64,000 nt of DNA, taken from the NCBI RefSeq assembly GCF_045037415.1, contig NZ_CP173438.1. One strand, given 5' to 3'. Of the stretch, positions 41,874 through 55,597 are shown piece by piece (position 1 is the stretch's first letter; every line of letters begins with the position of its first letter). Source of the stretch: Escherichia coli (GTDB taxonomy: Bacteria; Pseudomonadota; Gammaproteobacteria; Enterobacterales; Enterobacteriaceae). The notes beneath the pieces were generated by a model, which was not told the DNA's origin, did no database searches, and was given only the letters and a program-made list of their open reading frames with translations. A program made the translations under genes and the position numbers.

Positions 41874-41890
41874 TAAACGAAATCTAAACA
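41874..41890 (-). promoter_or_regulatory. PhoP box (direct hexamer repeat) in the yrbL promoter
   Basis: Minus-strand TGTTTA-gattt-CGTTTA matches (T/G)GTTTA-N5-(T/G)GTTTA; 51-67 bp upstream of the yrbL ATG. Confidence 0.6.
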
Positions 41891-42035
41891 ATGCTTCTTA
41901 AGGTTTTCTTAAGGTTCTTCTGAAAGTAAAAAGCGCACGAAATGTACAATCGACGTTGATTGATAACGATTTCAGTACGCGCTTTTCTTATTGCCGGGGG
42001 AGCTTGAAGGGATTTGAATGTCAAAGTGATGAAGA

Positions 42036-42308
42036 TTAATCTTCATCAAAACCAGAGTTAAAGAGGGCGATAACGGCGGCCAGTGCTTCCTCTTCCTGTG
42101 GACCGGTCGCTTCAACTTCAATCTGCCGTCCTTTGGCAGAATCCAACATCAGCAGCGCAATAACGCTGTTGGCTTCAGCCTCGGTGCCTTCGTCATTACG
42201 TAACAGCACTTCAGCGTCAAAACCCTGCATTAATTCAAACAGCTTCATTGCAGGCCGGGCATGCATGCCCAGCTTGTTTGTAATTTCAACAGTTTGCTTG
42301 ACGGTCAT
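42036..42308 (-). CDS. npr: Nitrogen-PTS phosphocarrier NPr
   Basis: 90-aa HPr-like [29 protein letters not shown]. Confidence 0.9.
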
Positions 42309-43159
42309 GGTTTACGTTTTTCCAGCGTCCGATGGCGTGACTGGACGTTTTTACCGCGCGAGCGGAAGTAGTCTGCCAGTTGCTCTGCAATATACACCGA
42401 ACGGTGCTTCCCGCCGGTACAACCAATGGCGACCGTCAGGTAGCTACGGTTGTTGGTTTCCAGCATAGGTAACCATAGCTCAAGATAGCTTCGCGTCTGG
42501 TAGATAAAATTGTGTACTTCTGTGTGGCGGTCGAGGAACGCGGCGACAGGTTTATCAAGACCTGTCATTGGACGCAGTTTCGGATCCCAGTGTGGGTTCG
42601 GCAAGAAGCGCACGTCAAAGACGTAATCTGCATCGATAGGGATACCGTGTTTGAAGCCGAAAGACTCAAAGACCATGGTCAGTTCACGTTCACGTTTACC
42701 CAACAGACGGGTACGCAGCATTTCTGCCAGCTCGTGAACGGACATTTCTGAGGTATCGACAATCAGATCCGCTCGCGAACGCAGAGGCTCCAGCAAATCG
42801 CTTTCTTTGTCGATAGCACTTTCCAGCGACAGGTTTTTGCTGGAAAGCGGATGCAGTCGGCGCGTGTCACTGTAACGACGAATTAAGGTATTACGGTCGG
42901 CATCCAGGAACAGTAGTTGCGGTGAGAAAGCGTCAGGCAGGTTACTCATCGCCTGTTCGAATATTTCTGGTGACTCCGGCATATTACGAACATCAATGCT
43001 GACGGCGGCAGAAATCTCTCGATCGGCCAGAGTTCGAGCCAGATCGGGTAACAACACTACGGGAAGGTTATCCACGCAGTAAAAACCCATATCTTCCAGC
43101 GCACGCAGGGCGACAGATTTACCTGAACCTGAACGTCCGCTGACGATCATCAGTACCAT
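42305..43159 (-). CDS. rapZ: RNase adaptor protein RapZ
   Basis: 284-aa ORF with Walker A GRSGSGKS. Confidence 0.93.
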
Positions 43160-43204
43160 GTACTGTTTCTCCTCACAACGTCTAAAAGAGACATTACCGA
43201 ATAA

Positions 43205-43696
43205 CTACGCTTCATCCGGAGTACCTTCGGTATCCGTAATGATTTGATACAGCTCTTCATCGCTCTGGGCTGCGCGTAAACGGCGGCAGATGGTTTTGTC
43301 CGCCAGACGTTTCGCCACCAGCGACAGAGTATGCAGGTGCGTTTTAGTTTGGTCTGCCGGCACCAGCAGGGCAAAAAGTAAGTCCACCGGTTGGTTGTCG
43401 ATGGCATCGAAAGCTATAGGTGTTTCGAGCTGAACGAAAACGCCAACGGCACGCAGAGTATCTTCTTCCAGTTTGCCATGCGGAATGGCAATACCATTGC
43501 CGATACCGGTACTGCCCATTTTTTCCCGCGTCAGGATAGCTTCAAAAACCACCTGAGGCGCCAGGCTAAGTTGTTTCGCCGCCAGCTCGCTGATGATTTC
43601 CAGGGCGCGTTTTTTGCTCTGGCAGTGGACGCGGCTTCGCGTACATTCCCTGTTAAGAACACTGCTAAGCTGTAGAGTTGTATCATTATTTGTCAT
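43205..43696 (-). CDS. ptsN: Nitrogen-PTS EIIA (EIIA-Ntr)
   Basis: ORF-track frame 43205..43720; start chosen at MTNNDTTLQLSSVLNRE, 163 aa. Confidence 0.93.
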   Translation of the reverse strand: MTNNDTTLQLSSVLNRECTRSRVHCQSKKRALEIISELAAKQLSLAPQVVFEAILTREKMGSTGIGNGIAIPHGKLEEDTLRAVGVFVQLETPIAFDAIDNQPVDLLFALLVPADQTKTHLHTLSLVAKRLADKTICRRLRAAQSDEELYQIITDTEGTPDEA

Positions 43697-43813
43697 AATT
43701 TCACCTAAGAACCTGCCCACTCAAACAGTGGAACAGGTTCGGAGCATTAACCGTACAAATGGCCCGTTGTGCCGCACAACAGGCCGCCATGCACATGCTA
43801 ATTGCCCGGACAA

Positions 43814-44101
43814 TTAGTGTTGTTTCAGTTTATCTTTATGTTTGGTCAACTGGCGTGCCAGCTTATCAATTAAGCCATCAATGGCAGCGTACATGTCCTG
43901 ACCTTCCGCGCTGGCATGAATTTCACCACCGTTTACATGCAGTGTTGCATCTGAGGTGTGGGTGACTTTCTCCACTTTCAGAACAACATAGACCTGGTTG
44001 ATTCGGTCAAAATATTGCTCAAGTTTGGCAAATTTGGCTGTAACAAATTCGCGCAGTGCCTCGGTGATCTCGACGTTATTTCCGGTAATGTTGAGCTGCA
44101 T
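43814..44101 (-). CDS. hpf: Ribosome hibernation promoting factor
   Basis: ORF-track frame 43814..44185; start chosen at MQLNITGNNVEITEALREFV, 95 aa. Confidence 0.93.
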   Translation of the reverse strand: MQLNITGNNVEITEALREFVTAKFAKLEQYFDRINQVYVVLKVEKVTHTSDATLHVNGGEIHASAEGQDMYAAIDGLIDKLARQLTKHKDKLKQH

Positions 44102-44123
44102 AGTGTCTTCCTTATCGGTTGGG

Positions 44124-45557
44124 TCAAACGAGCTGTTTACGCTGGTTTGACGGCGGAATGGATAAAGACTCTCGGTACTTCGCAACAGTGCGGCGTGCCA
44201 CCATGATACCTTGTTCCGACAGCAAAGAGGTTAACTTGCTGTCGCTCAACGGTTTCGCTGGGTTTTCCGCCGCGATTAATTTCTTCACCAGCGCACGAAT
44301 CGCTGTGGAAGAGGCTTCACCCCCGCCTTCAGTATTGACGTGACTGGAAAAGAAATATTTCAGTTCAAAAATGCCTCGTGGACTATGCAGGTATTTTTGC
44401 GTGGTCACGCGAGATATCGTCGATTCATGCATTTCGACAGCCTGGGCGATATCGGCCAGTACCATCGGTTTCATATATTCTTCACCTTGCTCAAAGAAGG
44501 CTTGCTGCTGTTCAACGATACAGCGACTCACGCGCAGTAGCGTATCGTTACGGCTTTCCAGACTCTTGATCAACCATTTGGCATCCTGCAGATTGCTGCG
44601 GATAAACTGGCTATCACCATCATTGCGCGCGTTATTGCACATCGAGGCGTAGTGCTGGTTGATTTGCAGACGCGGAATGCTGTCACTGTTGAGTTCTACC
44701 GTCCAGTGGCCGTTATGCTTACGCACCAGCACATCTGGAATGACATACTCAGGTTCGCCAGTCTGGATCGACTGCCCGGGGCGCGGATCGAGCGACTGGA
44801 TCAGATTGACGGCTTCTTTCAGCACATCTTCTTTCAGACGCGTGACGCGCATTAAAGTGCGGAAGTCGTGATTGGCTAATAGATCGAGATGATCGCTAAT
44901 GATCAGTCTGGCCTCTTCCAGCCATGGCGTGGTCTTATCGAATTGGGAGAGTTGGATCAGCAGGCAGTCACGCAGATCTTTTGCCGCCACACCGACTGGA
45001 TCAAACCGTTGGATCCGCTTAAGGACGGCTTCAACTTCGTCGATGTCAATCTCTTCATCGCCCATACTTTCGAGAATATCTTCCAGCGGGACAGTCAGAT
45101 AACCGGTGTCATCAACGGCATCGACGATAGAGGTAGCAATCGCGCGGTCAGTGTCGGAAAACGGTGTCAACTCGACCTGCCACATCAGGTAATCCTGTAA
45201 GGTCTGCGTCGTTTCGCCCTGATAGACCGGCAGCTCGTCATCAATGTAGTCACCGCTGGTGCCGGATGGTGTACCAGCGGTGTAAATGGTGTCCCAACTG
45301 GCATCGAGCGGCAGCTCTTCCGGCATCTCTTTTTGTTCGAGCGCGTCGGCGGTGTCCAGTGTTTCACTGTCTTGCGTTTCGCGGGTGTCGATTTCTTCAT
45401 GAGTGTCGATTTGCTCAAGCAGCGGATTGCTCTCCAGCGCCTGCTGTAGCTCTTGCTGAAGTTCCAGCGTCGACAACTGCAACAGACGAATTGCCTGTTG
45501 GAGCTGTGGCGTCATCGCCAGTTGTTGGCTAAGCCTGAGTTGCAAACCTTGCTTCAT
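44124..45557 (-). CDS. rpoN: RNA polymerase sigma-54 factor
   Basis: 477-aa ORF with Gln/Leu-rich N-terminus and C-terminal RpoN box ([21 protein letters not shown]). Confidence 0.97.
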   Translation of the reverse strand: MKQGLQLRLSQQLAMTPQLQQAIRLLQLSTLELQQELQQALESNPLLEQIDTHEEIDTRETQDSETLDTADALEQKEMPEELPLDASWDTIYTAGTPSGTSGDYIDDELPVYQGETTQTLQDYLMWQVELTPFSDTDRAIATSIVDAVDDTGYLTVPLEDILESMGDEEIDIDEVEAVLKRIQRFDPVGVAAKDLRDCLLIQLSQFDKTTPWLEEARLIISDHLDLLANHDFRTLMRVTRLKEDVLKEAVNLIQSLDPRPGQSIQTGEPEYVIPDVLVRKHNGHWTVELNSDSIPRLQINQHYASMCNNARNDGDSQFIRSNLQDAKWLIKSLESRNDTLLRVSRCIVEQQQAFFEQGEEYMKPMVLADIAQAVEMHESTISRVTTQKYLHSPRGIFELKYFFSSHVNTEGGGEASSTAIRALVKKLIAAENPAKPLSDSKLTSLLSEQGIMVARRTVAKYRESLSIPPSNQRKQLV

Positions 45558-45604
45558 GTTCAGAATCGTACTCTCCTGCTAAAACGTCGCAAACTTCTAC
45601 CCTA

Positions 45605-46330
45605 TCAGAGTCTGAAGTCTTCCCCAAGGTATACACGCTTAACGTGTTCGTCTTGTAAGATTTCTGTAGGCGTGCCGTGGGCGATCAAATGCCCCTGACT
45701 GACGATATAAGCGCGTTCACAAACCGCCAGTGTTTCACGCACGTTGTGGTCAGTGATCAGTACGCCCAGGCCGCTGTCGCGCAGGTGCTCAATGATGCGT
45801 TTAATGTCGATAACCGAGATCGGGTCAACCCCGGCAAACGGTTCGTCGAGCAGAATAAATTTCGGATTCGCAGCCAGTGCGCGGGCAATTTCTACACGGC
45901 GACGTTCACCCCCGGAGAGTGACTGCCCCATGCTGTCACGCAGGTGCTCAATGTGAAACTCTTCCATCAGCTCGTTCGCACGGTCTTCACGTTGTTCAGC
46001 AGACAAGTCGTCACGAATTTGCAGTACCGCCATCAGGTTATCGTAAACGCTGAGGCGACGGAAAATGGAGGCTTCCTGCGGCAGATAGCCGATACCGCGG
46101 CGCGCGCGTGCATGCAGAGGCAGCAGACTGATATCGTCATCATCAATAATGATGTTGCCCGCATCGCGCGGCACAATGCCAACAACCATGTAGAAAGTGG
46201 TGGTCTTACCGGCACCGTTTGGCCCCAGCAGACCGACAATTTCCCCGGAGTTGACGGTCAGGCTGACGTCTTCTACCACGCGACGGCCTTTATAGGCTTT
46301 TGCAAGGTTCTTTGCAGTTAATGTTGCCAT
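45605..46330 (-). CDS. lptB: LPS export ABC transporter ATPase LptB
   Basis: 241-aa ORF with Walker [10 protein letters not shown] and ABC signature LSGGERRR. Confidence 0.95.
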
Positions 46331-46336
46331 AACGAA

Positions 46337-46894
46337 TTAATTACCCTTCTTCTGTGCCGGGGTCTGGCCTTTATTGTTTTTGTCCTGCAACTGCGACGGC
46401 ACCAGAACGGTGGTTACGCGCTTGCCTTTGTCGCTGAAAGCCTGCATTTTCTGCTCTTTCACCAGGTAAGTGATCTTATCGCCCTTAATGTTGCTATCGA
46501 CCTGCTGCAGATAAGCATTACCCGTCAGAACGACAAAATCTTTTGCCAGTTCGTAGTGCATCTGGGAAGCGTGACCTTCAACGGGTTTACCGTTGTCCTG
46601 CATCTGGTAGAACGTTGCCGGTTTACCGTAGCCGTCAATCACTTCTTTACCTTGTTCGCCGCCCGGACGGGTAACGACCACTTTGTCGGCATTAATTTTG
46701 ATGGTGCCCTGGGTGACGATAACATTACCGGTAAAGGTAACCACGTTGCCTTGCATATCAAGAGATTGCTGGTCCGATTCAATGTGGATCGGCTGATCAG
46801 TGTCTCCGGTTACGGCAAATGCCGGAATGCTGGCGGCCAGAAGTGAGCTGGCAAGCACAAGATTAAGGCTGAGTTTGTTTGTTTTGAATTTCAT
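46337..46894 (-). CDS. lptA: Periplasmic LPS transport protein LptA
   Basis: ORF-track frame 46337..46915; start chosen at MKFKTNKLSLNLVLASSLLAASIPAFA, 185 aa. Confidence 0.93.
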   Translation of the reverse strand: MKFKTNKLSLNLVLASSLLAASIPAFAVTGDTDQPIHIESDQQSLDMQGNVVTFTGNVIVTQGTIKINADKVVVTRPGGEQGKEVIDGYGKPATFYQMQDNGKPVEGHASQMHYELAKDFVVLTGNAYLQQVDSNIKGDKITYLVKEQKMQAFSDKGKRVTTVLVPSQLQDKNNKGQTPAQKKGN

Positions 46895-47438
46895 AGGATG
46901 TTCTAACCTTTTCAATCAGCTCGGCGTTCTTGCTGCGTAAGTTGCCGCGCATTTTCAGACCGCTGGAGTTAAATGTTGTTCCGTATAACGTGACGAGGTC
47001 TTCAGAGGTAACATCCTGCGTCACCAGATTGATCTGCGCGTTATCCGTCGTGATTCTGCGAAGTTGAGAGTCCGGCACGAGTGCATTGACTTCAACGTGT
47101 CCATATAAATAGAGCATCCGGTCATTGGTCAGCTTGGCTTTATCTGCTTTTACGGACCATGTCGGGATTTTATCCTTATCAAACGTGGTAAGTACCGGCT
47201 GCGTAAACCACGAAACGGCCTGATCGGAATAATATTCAACGTGTTGAGCAATCAATCGATAGCTTAGTGCCCCTTCTGGGTTATAGACGAGCGTGTCCGT
47301 ATGCTCGCTTTTATAGGTGGGATCATTGTTGTTGACGACCACCTGGGCGGTATCGTCTTTTTCGGCCATATTAATGCCGATCATCACCAGAACCGCCAGT
47401 GATAGCACAATGATAACCCAACGTCTGGCTTTACTCAT
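46863..47438 (-). CDS. lptC: LPS export protein LptC
   Basis: 191-aa ORF with single N-terminal TM; 3' end overlaps the lptA start. Confidence 0.9.
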   Translation of the reverse strand: MSKARRWVIIVLSLAVLVMIGINMAEKDDTAQVVVNNNDPTYKSEHTDTLVYNPEGALSYRLIAQHVEYYSDQAVSWFTQPVLTTFDKDKIPTWSVKADKAKLTNDRMLYLYGHVEVNALVPDSQLRRITTDNAQINLVTQDVTSEDLVTLYGTTFNSSGLKMRGNLRSKNAELIEKVRTSYEIQNKQTQP

Positions 47439-48001
47439 ATCGATTGCCCTTTGGCTTCATCCAGTTTGCCCTGCGCCAGGAGTAATAAGTCGCAAACTTC
47501 TCGCACTGCGCCACGACCGCCAGCAATGCGCGTTACGTAATCGGCGCGCGGGATCAACAGTGGATGCGCATCGGCCACGGCGACGCTTAAACCCACTTTT
47601 TCCATTACCGGCCAGTCGATGAGATCATCGCCGACATAAGCCACATTTTCCGGGGCAATCGCCAGTTTTTCCAGCAGATCGCTAAAGGCGATCAGTTTGT
47701 TTGACTGCCCCTGATACAAGTGAGTGATCCCCAATGTGGCACAACGATCTTCTACCAGTTTAGCCTTTCGCCCGGTAATGATAGCGACTTCAATATCAGA
47801 GGTGAGCGCACAACGAATGCCATAACCGTCACGAACATTGAACGCTTTCAGCTCTTCGCCGTTATTGCCCATATAAATCAGGCCATCTGACAGTACGCCG
47901 TCAACGTCGAGGATCAGCAGACGAATGTTCTCTGCTTTTGCCATAACGTCGGCGCTGACAGGGCCGTAACAGGTCGCAAGCGACGCACCTGCTTTGCTCA
48001 T
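47435..48001 (-). CDS. kdsC: KDO-8-phosphate phosphatase
   Basis: 188-aa HAD-family ORF with LLILDVDGVLSDG. Confidence 0.93.
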   Translation of the reverse strand: MSKAGASLATCYGPVSADVMAKAENIRLLILDVDGVLSDGLIYMGNNGEELKAFNVRDGYGIRCALTSDIEVAIITGRKAKLVEDRCATLGITHLYQGQSNKLIAFSDLLEKLAIAPENVAYVGDDLIDWPVMEKVGLSVAVADAHPLLIPRADYVTRIAGGRGAVREVCDLLLLAQGKLDEAKGQSI

Positions 48002-48021
48002 TGTTGTTTATCCTTGAATCT

Positions 48022-49008
48022 TTACACTACGCCTGCACGCAGTAAATCATGCATATGTAACACACCGAGTAAATGGTCGCCATCGGCAACCATCACGGAG
48101 GTGATATGGCGGGACTGCATTAAGTTCAGTGCCTCAACGGCCAGAATGCCTGGGCGCACGCGTATTCCCCCCGGCGTCATCACATCGGCAATACTTAACT
48201 GACGAACATCCACGCCCATATCGAAGACACGGCGTAAATCACCGTCGGTAAAGATGCCTTCAATCATCATATTGTCATCGCAAATGACAGTCATACCAAG
48301 ATTTTTGCGGGTAACTTCCAGCAATGCGTCACGCAGACTGGCCGTTTTCTTAACATGCGGGATCTCATCGCCCGTATGCATAATATCGTTTACGCGCAGC
48401 AGAAGTTTACGACCCAGTGCGCCGCCTGGGTGTGAGAGCGCAAAATCTTCAGCAGTAAAGCCGCGTGCTTTTAACAGCGCGACAGCGAGGGCATCGCCCA
48501 TAACCAGCGTGGCGGTTGTGCTGCTGGTCGGTGCCAGCCCTAACGGACAGGCTTCTTTCGCTACTTTAACACACAGATGCACATCTGCGGCGCGCGCCAT
48601 GCTGCTCTCCGGGCGACCGGTGATGCAGATTAACGGTACGTGAAGACGCTTAAGCACTGGAATTAAGGCCGTGATTTCGCTGGATTCACCTGAGTTAGAG
48701 ATAGCAATCACCACATCCTGCGGGGTGACCATGCCTAAATCACCATGCGCGGCTTCACCAGGATGGACGAAAAATGAAGGTGTACCAGTGCTGGCAAATG
48801 TTGCTGCCATTTTGCGCCCGATGTGCCCCGATTTCCCCATCCCCATGACGACAACTTTCCCTTTACACCAGAACATCTTTTCACAGGCAAGCGTGAAATT
48901 CTGATTGATGTATTGATCAAGCTCCGCCAGGCATTCACGTTCAATCGCCAGGACTTCTTTACCTGCTTGCTGAAAGTCAAAACCCGGTTGTAACTCTACG
49001 TGCGACAT
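48022..49008 (-). CDS. kdsD: D-arabinose-5-phosphate isomerase
   Basis: ORF-track frame 48022..49029; start chosen at MSHVELQPGFDFQQAGK, 328 aa; SIS domain plus tandem CBS. Confidence 0.93.
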   Translation of the reverse strand: MSHVELQPGFDFQQAGKEVLAIERECLAELDQYINQNFTLACEKMFWCKGKVVVMGMGKSGHIGRKMAATFASTGTPSFFVHPGEAAHGDLGMVTPQDVVIAISNSGESSEITALIPVLKRLHVPLICITGRPESSMARAADVHLCVKVAKEACPLGLAPTSSTTATLVMGDALAVALLKARGFTAEDFALSHPGGALGRKLLLRVNDIMHTGDEIPHVKKTASLRDALLEVTRKNLGMTVICDDNMMIEGIFTDGDLRRVFDMGVDVRQLSIADVMTPGGIRVRPGILAVEALNLMQSRHITSVMVADGDHLLGVLHMHDLLRAGVV

Positions 49009-49021
49009 AATGCGTTTCCAG

Positions 49022-49999
49022 TTATTCAACGAGTATTGGCGATAACCAGTACAACATCGCCAGCCATACGATAAATCCGCCAGTTAATAATACCCCTACA
49101 CCACGGCCCGGTTGCGGGGAGCGCCGCCAGCACAGCAACGCAAAAATAATGCTCACCAGCAACATCACGCTGTAGTCACGACTGTACGCCAGTGGATCAA
49201 TCTCTCCTGGCGTTATCAGCGCGGGTAAACCCAACACGATGACAATATTAAAAATGTTTGCGCCAATGATATTTCCGACCGCAATGTCGTTTTCACCTTT
49301 GCGAACCCCTGCTATTGCGGTTGCCAGTTCCGGCAGGCTGGTTCCGATAGCAATTGCCGTCAGACCCATCGTCAACTCGCTGATGGCAAAGTAATTCGCC
49401 AGCACCGTGGCGTTATCAACTACCATCCGCGTGGCCACTGGCATAATGATCAGTGCGATGCCGAGCCATAAAAATGCGACGGGCAATCCACCTTCACGCG
49501 GCAGCTCTGCAAGCTGCTCTCTGGTCAGGCTGTCAGTCCCCTGACGTTCAGCCTGACGTGCAAGTTTAACAATGAACAGCAGCCATAGCACAGCCAGAAA
49601 GAGGAGAAAGATACCATCGCTGCGACTAAGTTGTCCGTCATAGAGTACGGAACCGGCCACCACGCTGACCAACAACATTAAGGGTAATTCACGGCGTAGA
49701 ACATCAGAATGGACGGTAAAAGGACGAACCAGCGCAGCCAGACCGAGGATCAGCAATATATTGATAATGTTTGAGCCGAGGGCTGTACCAACGGCTAAAT
49801 CGCGTTGTTCGTGCAAAGACGCGGCAAGCGAGACGATGATTTCTGGTAACGATGTACCAATACTGACCACCGTCATGCCGATGATCAACGGCGGGATGCC
49901 AAAGGTTCGGCAAAGAATAGACGCGGCAAAAACCAGGCGGTCGGCACTGTAAACGACCAAAAGTAAACCAACAATTAACAGTGCCGTAGCTAAAAGCAT
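49022..49999 (-). CDS. yrbG: CaCA-family cation antiporter-like membrane protein YrbG
   Basis: 325-aa polytopic ORF with duplicated alpha-repeat motifs (GTSLPE). Confidence 0.85.
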   Translation of the reverse strand: MLLATALLIVGLLLVVYSADRLVFAASILCRTFGIPPLIIGMTVVSIGTSLPEIIVSLAASLHEQRDLAVGTALGSNIINILLILGLAALVRPFTVHSDVLRRELPLMLLVSVVAGSVLYDGQLSRSDGIFLLFLAVLWLLFIVKLARQAERQGTDSLTREQLAELPREGGLPVAFLWLGIALIIMPVATRMVVDNATVLANYFAISELTMGLTAIAIGTSLPELATAIAGVRKGENDIAVGNIIGANIFNIVIVLGLPALITPGEIDPLAYSRDYSVMLLVSIIFALLCWRRSPQPGRGVGVLLTGGFIVWLAMLYWLSPILVE

Positions 50000-50208
50000 C
50001 TAACGTCCTTTCTTCAGGTATACTCGCCGGTCCGCTGAAGATTTTCAGAAAGCCGTAACAGATTCTTAATTTTGACTTTATGCGGCTAAAAAGTAAAACA
50101 AATGCCAGCTTTCGCTAACCACGGCAGGTAATATTCTGTAAATATGTTGGGTTCAAGGTTAAATTGAGCGCCATGCTTAGAAAATCAACGCAAGACGAAG
50201 GGTGAATT

Positions 50209-51808
<1,600 letters not shown>

Positions 51809-51812
51809 GTTC

Positions 51813-52364
51813 ATGCAAACGAAAAAAAATGAAATTTGGGTGGGTATCTTTTTATTAGCAGCACTGCTTGCGGCGCTGTTTGTTTGCCTGAAGGCAGCGA
51901 ACGTGACGTCTATACGTACTGAACCGACCTATACGCTTTATGCGACGTTCGATAACATTGGCGGCCTGAAAGCCCGCTCTCCGGTCAGCATTGGTGGCGT
52001 TGTTGTGGGCCGGGTGGCGGATATTACGCTGGACCCGAAAACCTATCTGCCGCGCGTAACGCTGGAAATTGAACAACGTTATAACCACATTCCTGATACC
52101 AGTTCGCTGAGCATTCGTACTTCCGGCCTGCTGGGGGAACAATATCTGGCATTAAACGTCGGTTTTGAAGACCCGGAACTGGGGACTGCTATCCTGAAGG
52201 ATGGCGATACAATTCAGGACACCAAGTCTGCGATGGTGCTGGAAGATCTCATTGGTCAGTTCCTTTACGGTAGTAAAGGCGATGACAATAAGAATAGTGG
52301 CGATGCGCCAGCTGCTGCGCCAGGTAATAATGAAACCACTGAACCTGTGGGTACAACGAAATAA
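51813..52364 (+). CDS. mlaD: MCE-domain phospholipid-binding protein MlaD
   Basis: ORF-track frame 51798..52364; start chosen at MQTKKNEIWVGIFLLAALLAALF, 183 aa. Confidence 0.9.
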   Translation: MQTKKNEIWVGIFLLAALLAALFVCLKAANVTSIRTEPTYTLYATFDNIGGLKARSPVSIGGVVVGRVADITLDPKTYLPRVTLEIEQRYNHIPDTSSLSIRTSGLLGEQYLALNVGFEDPELGTAILKDGDTIQDTKSAMVLEDLIGQFLYGSKGDDNKNSGDAPAAAPGNNETTEPVGTTK

Positions 52365-53017
<653 letters not shown>

Positions 53018-53018
<1 letters not shown>

Positions 53019-53311
53019 TGAGCGAGTCACTGAGCTGGATGCAGACGGGTGACACGCTGGCGTTATCCGGAGAGCTGGATCAGGACGTTTTGCTACCGCT
53101 TTGGGAAATACGTGAGGAAGCGGTGAAGGGGATTACCAGCATCGATCTTAGCCGTGTGTCTCGCGTGGATACGGGTGGACTGGCACTGCTGCTCCATCTT
53201 ATCGATCTGGCGAAAAAGCAGGGCAACAATGTGACGCTTCAGGGGGTAAACGACAAAGTGTATACCCTGGCGAAATTGTATAATTTGCCTGCTGATGTTC
53301 TGCCTCGTTAA
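53018..53311 (+). CDS. mlaB: STAS-domain protein MlaB
   Basis: ORF-track frame 52922..53311; start chosen at ATG 53018 overlapping the mlaC stop (TAATG); MSESLSWMQTGDTLALSGELD, 97 aa. Confidence 0.88.
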
Positions 53312-53320
53312 ATTTTTTCA

Positions 53321-53351
53321 GGCCGGATATGGCGTTAACCGCCTGTCCGGC
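53321..53351. repeat. REP-like imperfect palindrome
   Basis: ggccggatatggcgttaaccgcctgtccggc resembles the REP consensus GCCGGATG.GGCG...CGCC.TATCCGGC but is degenerate. Confidence 0.35.
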
Positions 53352-53370
53352 AAACCTGCCTGCAAGTCGA

Positions 53371-53400
53371 GCCTTGTCTGATTTATCAGCGAGGCTTTTT
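53371..53400 (+). terminator. Probable rho-independent terminator after mlaB
   Basis: Imperfect hairpin gccttgtctgat..atcagcgaggc followed by ttttt. Confidence 0.45.
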
Positions 53401-53470
53401 GCTTATTTATGCCAGCGCAACTTTGCTCTAAGATGTTTCGCTGATTTATTAACTGATGATTGAAGATCCC

Positions 53471-53725
53471 ATGGAAAATAATGAAATTCAGAGCGTGTTG
53501 ATGAACGCTCTCTCCCTCCAGGAAGTCCACGTTTCCGGCGATGGCAGCCACTTTCAGGTTATTGCCGTGGGTGAGTTGTTTGACGGCATGAGTCGGGTTA
53601 AAAAACAGCAGACGGTCTATGGCCCGCTGATGGAATATATTGCGGATAACCGCATTCATGCTGTGTCGATCAAAGCGTATACCCCTGCGGAGTGGGCGCG
53701 CGATCGCAAACTGAACGGCTTTTGA
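53471..53725 (+). CDS. ibaG: BolA-family protein IbaG
   Basis: ORF-track frame 53456..53725; start chosen at [33 protein letters not shown], 84 aa. Confidence 0.88.
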
Positions 53726-53779
53726 GCTATGGGCGATTCGCCGGTAGCGGATATGAATTGTTAACTGAGAACAAACTAA

Positions 53780-55039
<1,260 letters not shown>

Positions 55040-55055
55040 TTGTCTGAGAGCTGGC

Positions 55056-55073
55056 AGCCCCGTTCGCGGGGCT
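55056..55073. terminator. Bidirectional terminator hairpin between convergent murA and sfsB
   Basis: agccccg-ttcg-cggggct GC-rich hairpin. Confidence 0.55.
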
Positions 55074-55086
55074 ACCGCCAGACCAC

Positions 55087-55365
55087 TCATTTTTTCGGTT
55101 TAGTGTAGCTACGCATCAACTGCGTTCTGTCGATAAACTCATGGGTCTGCGGATCATGGTAGCGTGATGGCCAGATAACCCAGGGGTCAGTTCCCAGGGC
55201 TTTCGCAATAATCATCTCTCCTTTCGGCCATGGGCGTGATAATGCGTTCGCCAGCGTTGAGGAACTCAAACCATTTCTGCGAGACTCCGCCGCCATTGAC
55301 GTTCCCTTCTTGCGCAAACCTGCAATGATGTCAGCGGGATGCCAGTCAATGAAATTACTTTCCAT
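55087..55365 (-). CDS. sfsB: Ner-like DNA-binding regulator SfsB (Nlp)
   Basis: 92-aa ORF MESNFIDWHPADIIAGLRKKGTSMAAESRRNGLSSSTL. Confidence 0.88.
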   Translation of the reverse strand: MESNFIDWHPADIIAGLRKKGTSMAAESRRNGLSSSTLANALSRPWPKGEMIIAKALGTDPWVIWPSRYHDPQTHEFIDRTQLMRSYTKPKK

Positions 55366-55597
55366 CTTTCCTCACTCCTTAAATTAGTCGCTTTCATTCA
55401 GAATACTTCTTCTGTTTCTGTCGAGCATCACTATACTCCTGATGGCCTATTGCTCTAAAAAGTTCCTGTAAAGAGTGTGAATATTCAGAATATATAAAGA
55501 TACACAGCCCTGTTTTTCAGGAGTTATAGAGCTGAATAAGTGTTTTATGGAATTTACTGGAATCATCCCGCGCACTGCGCGGGATGAGGGGAGGGGA

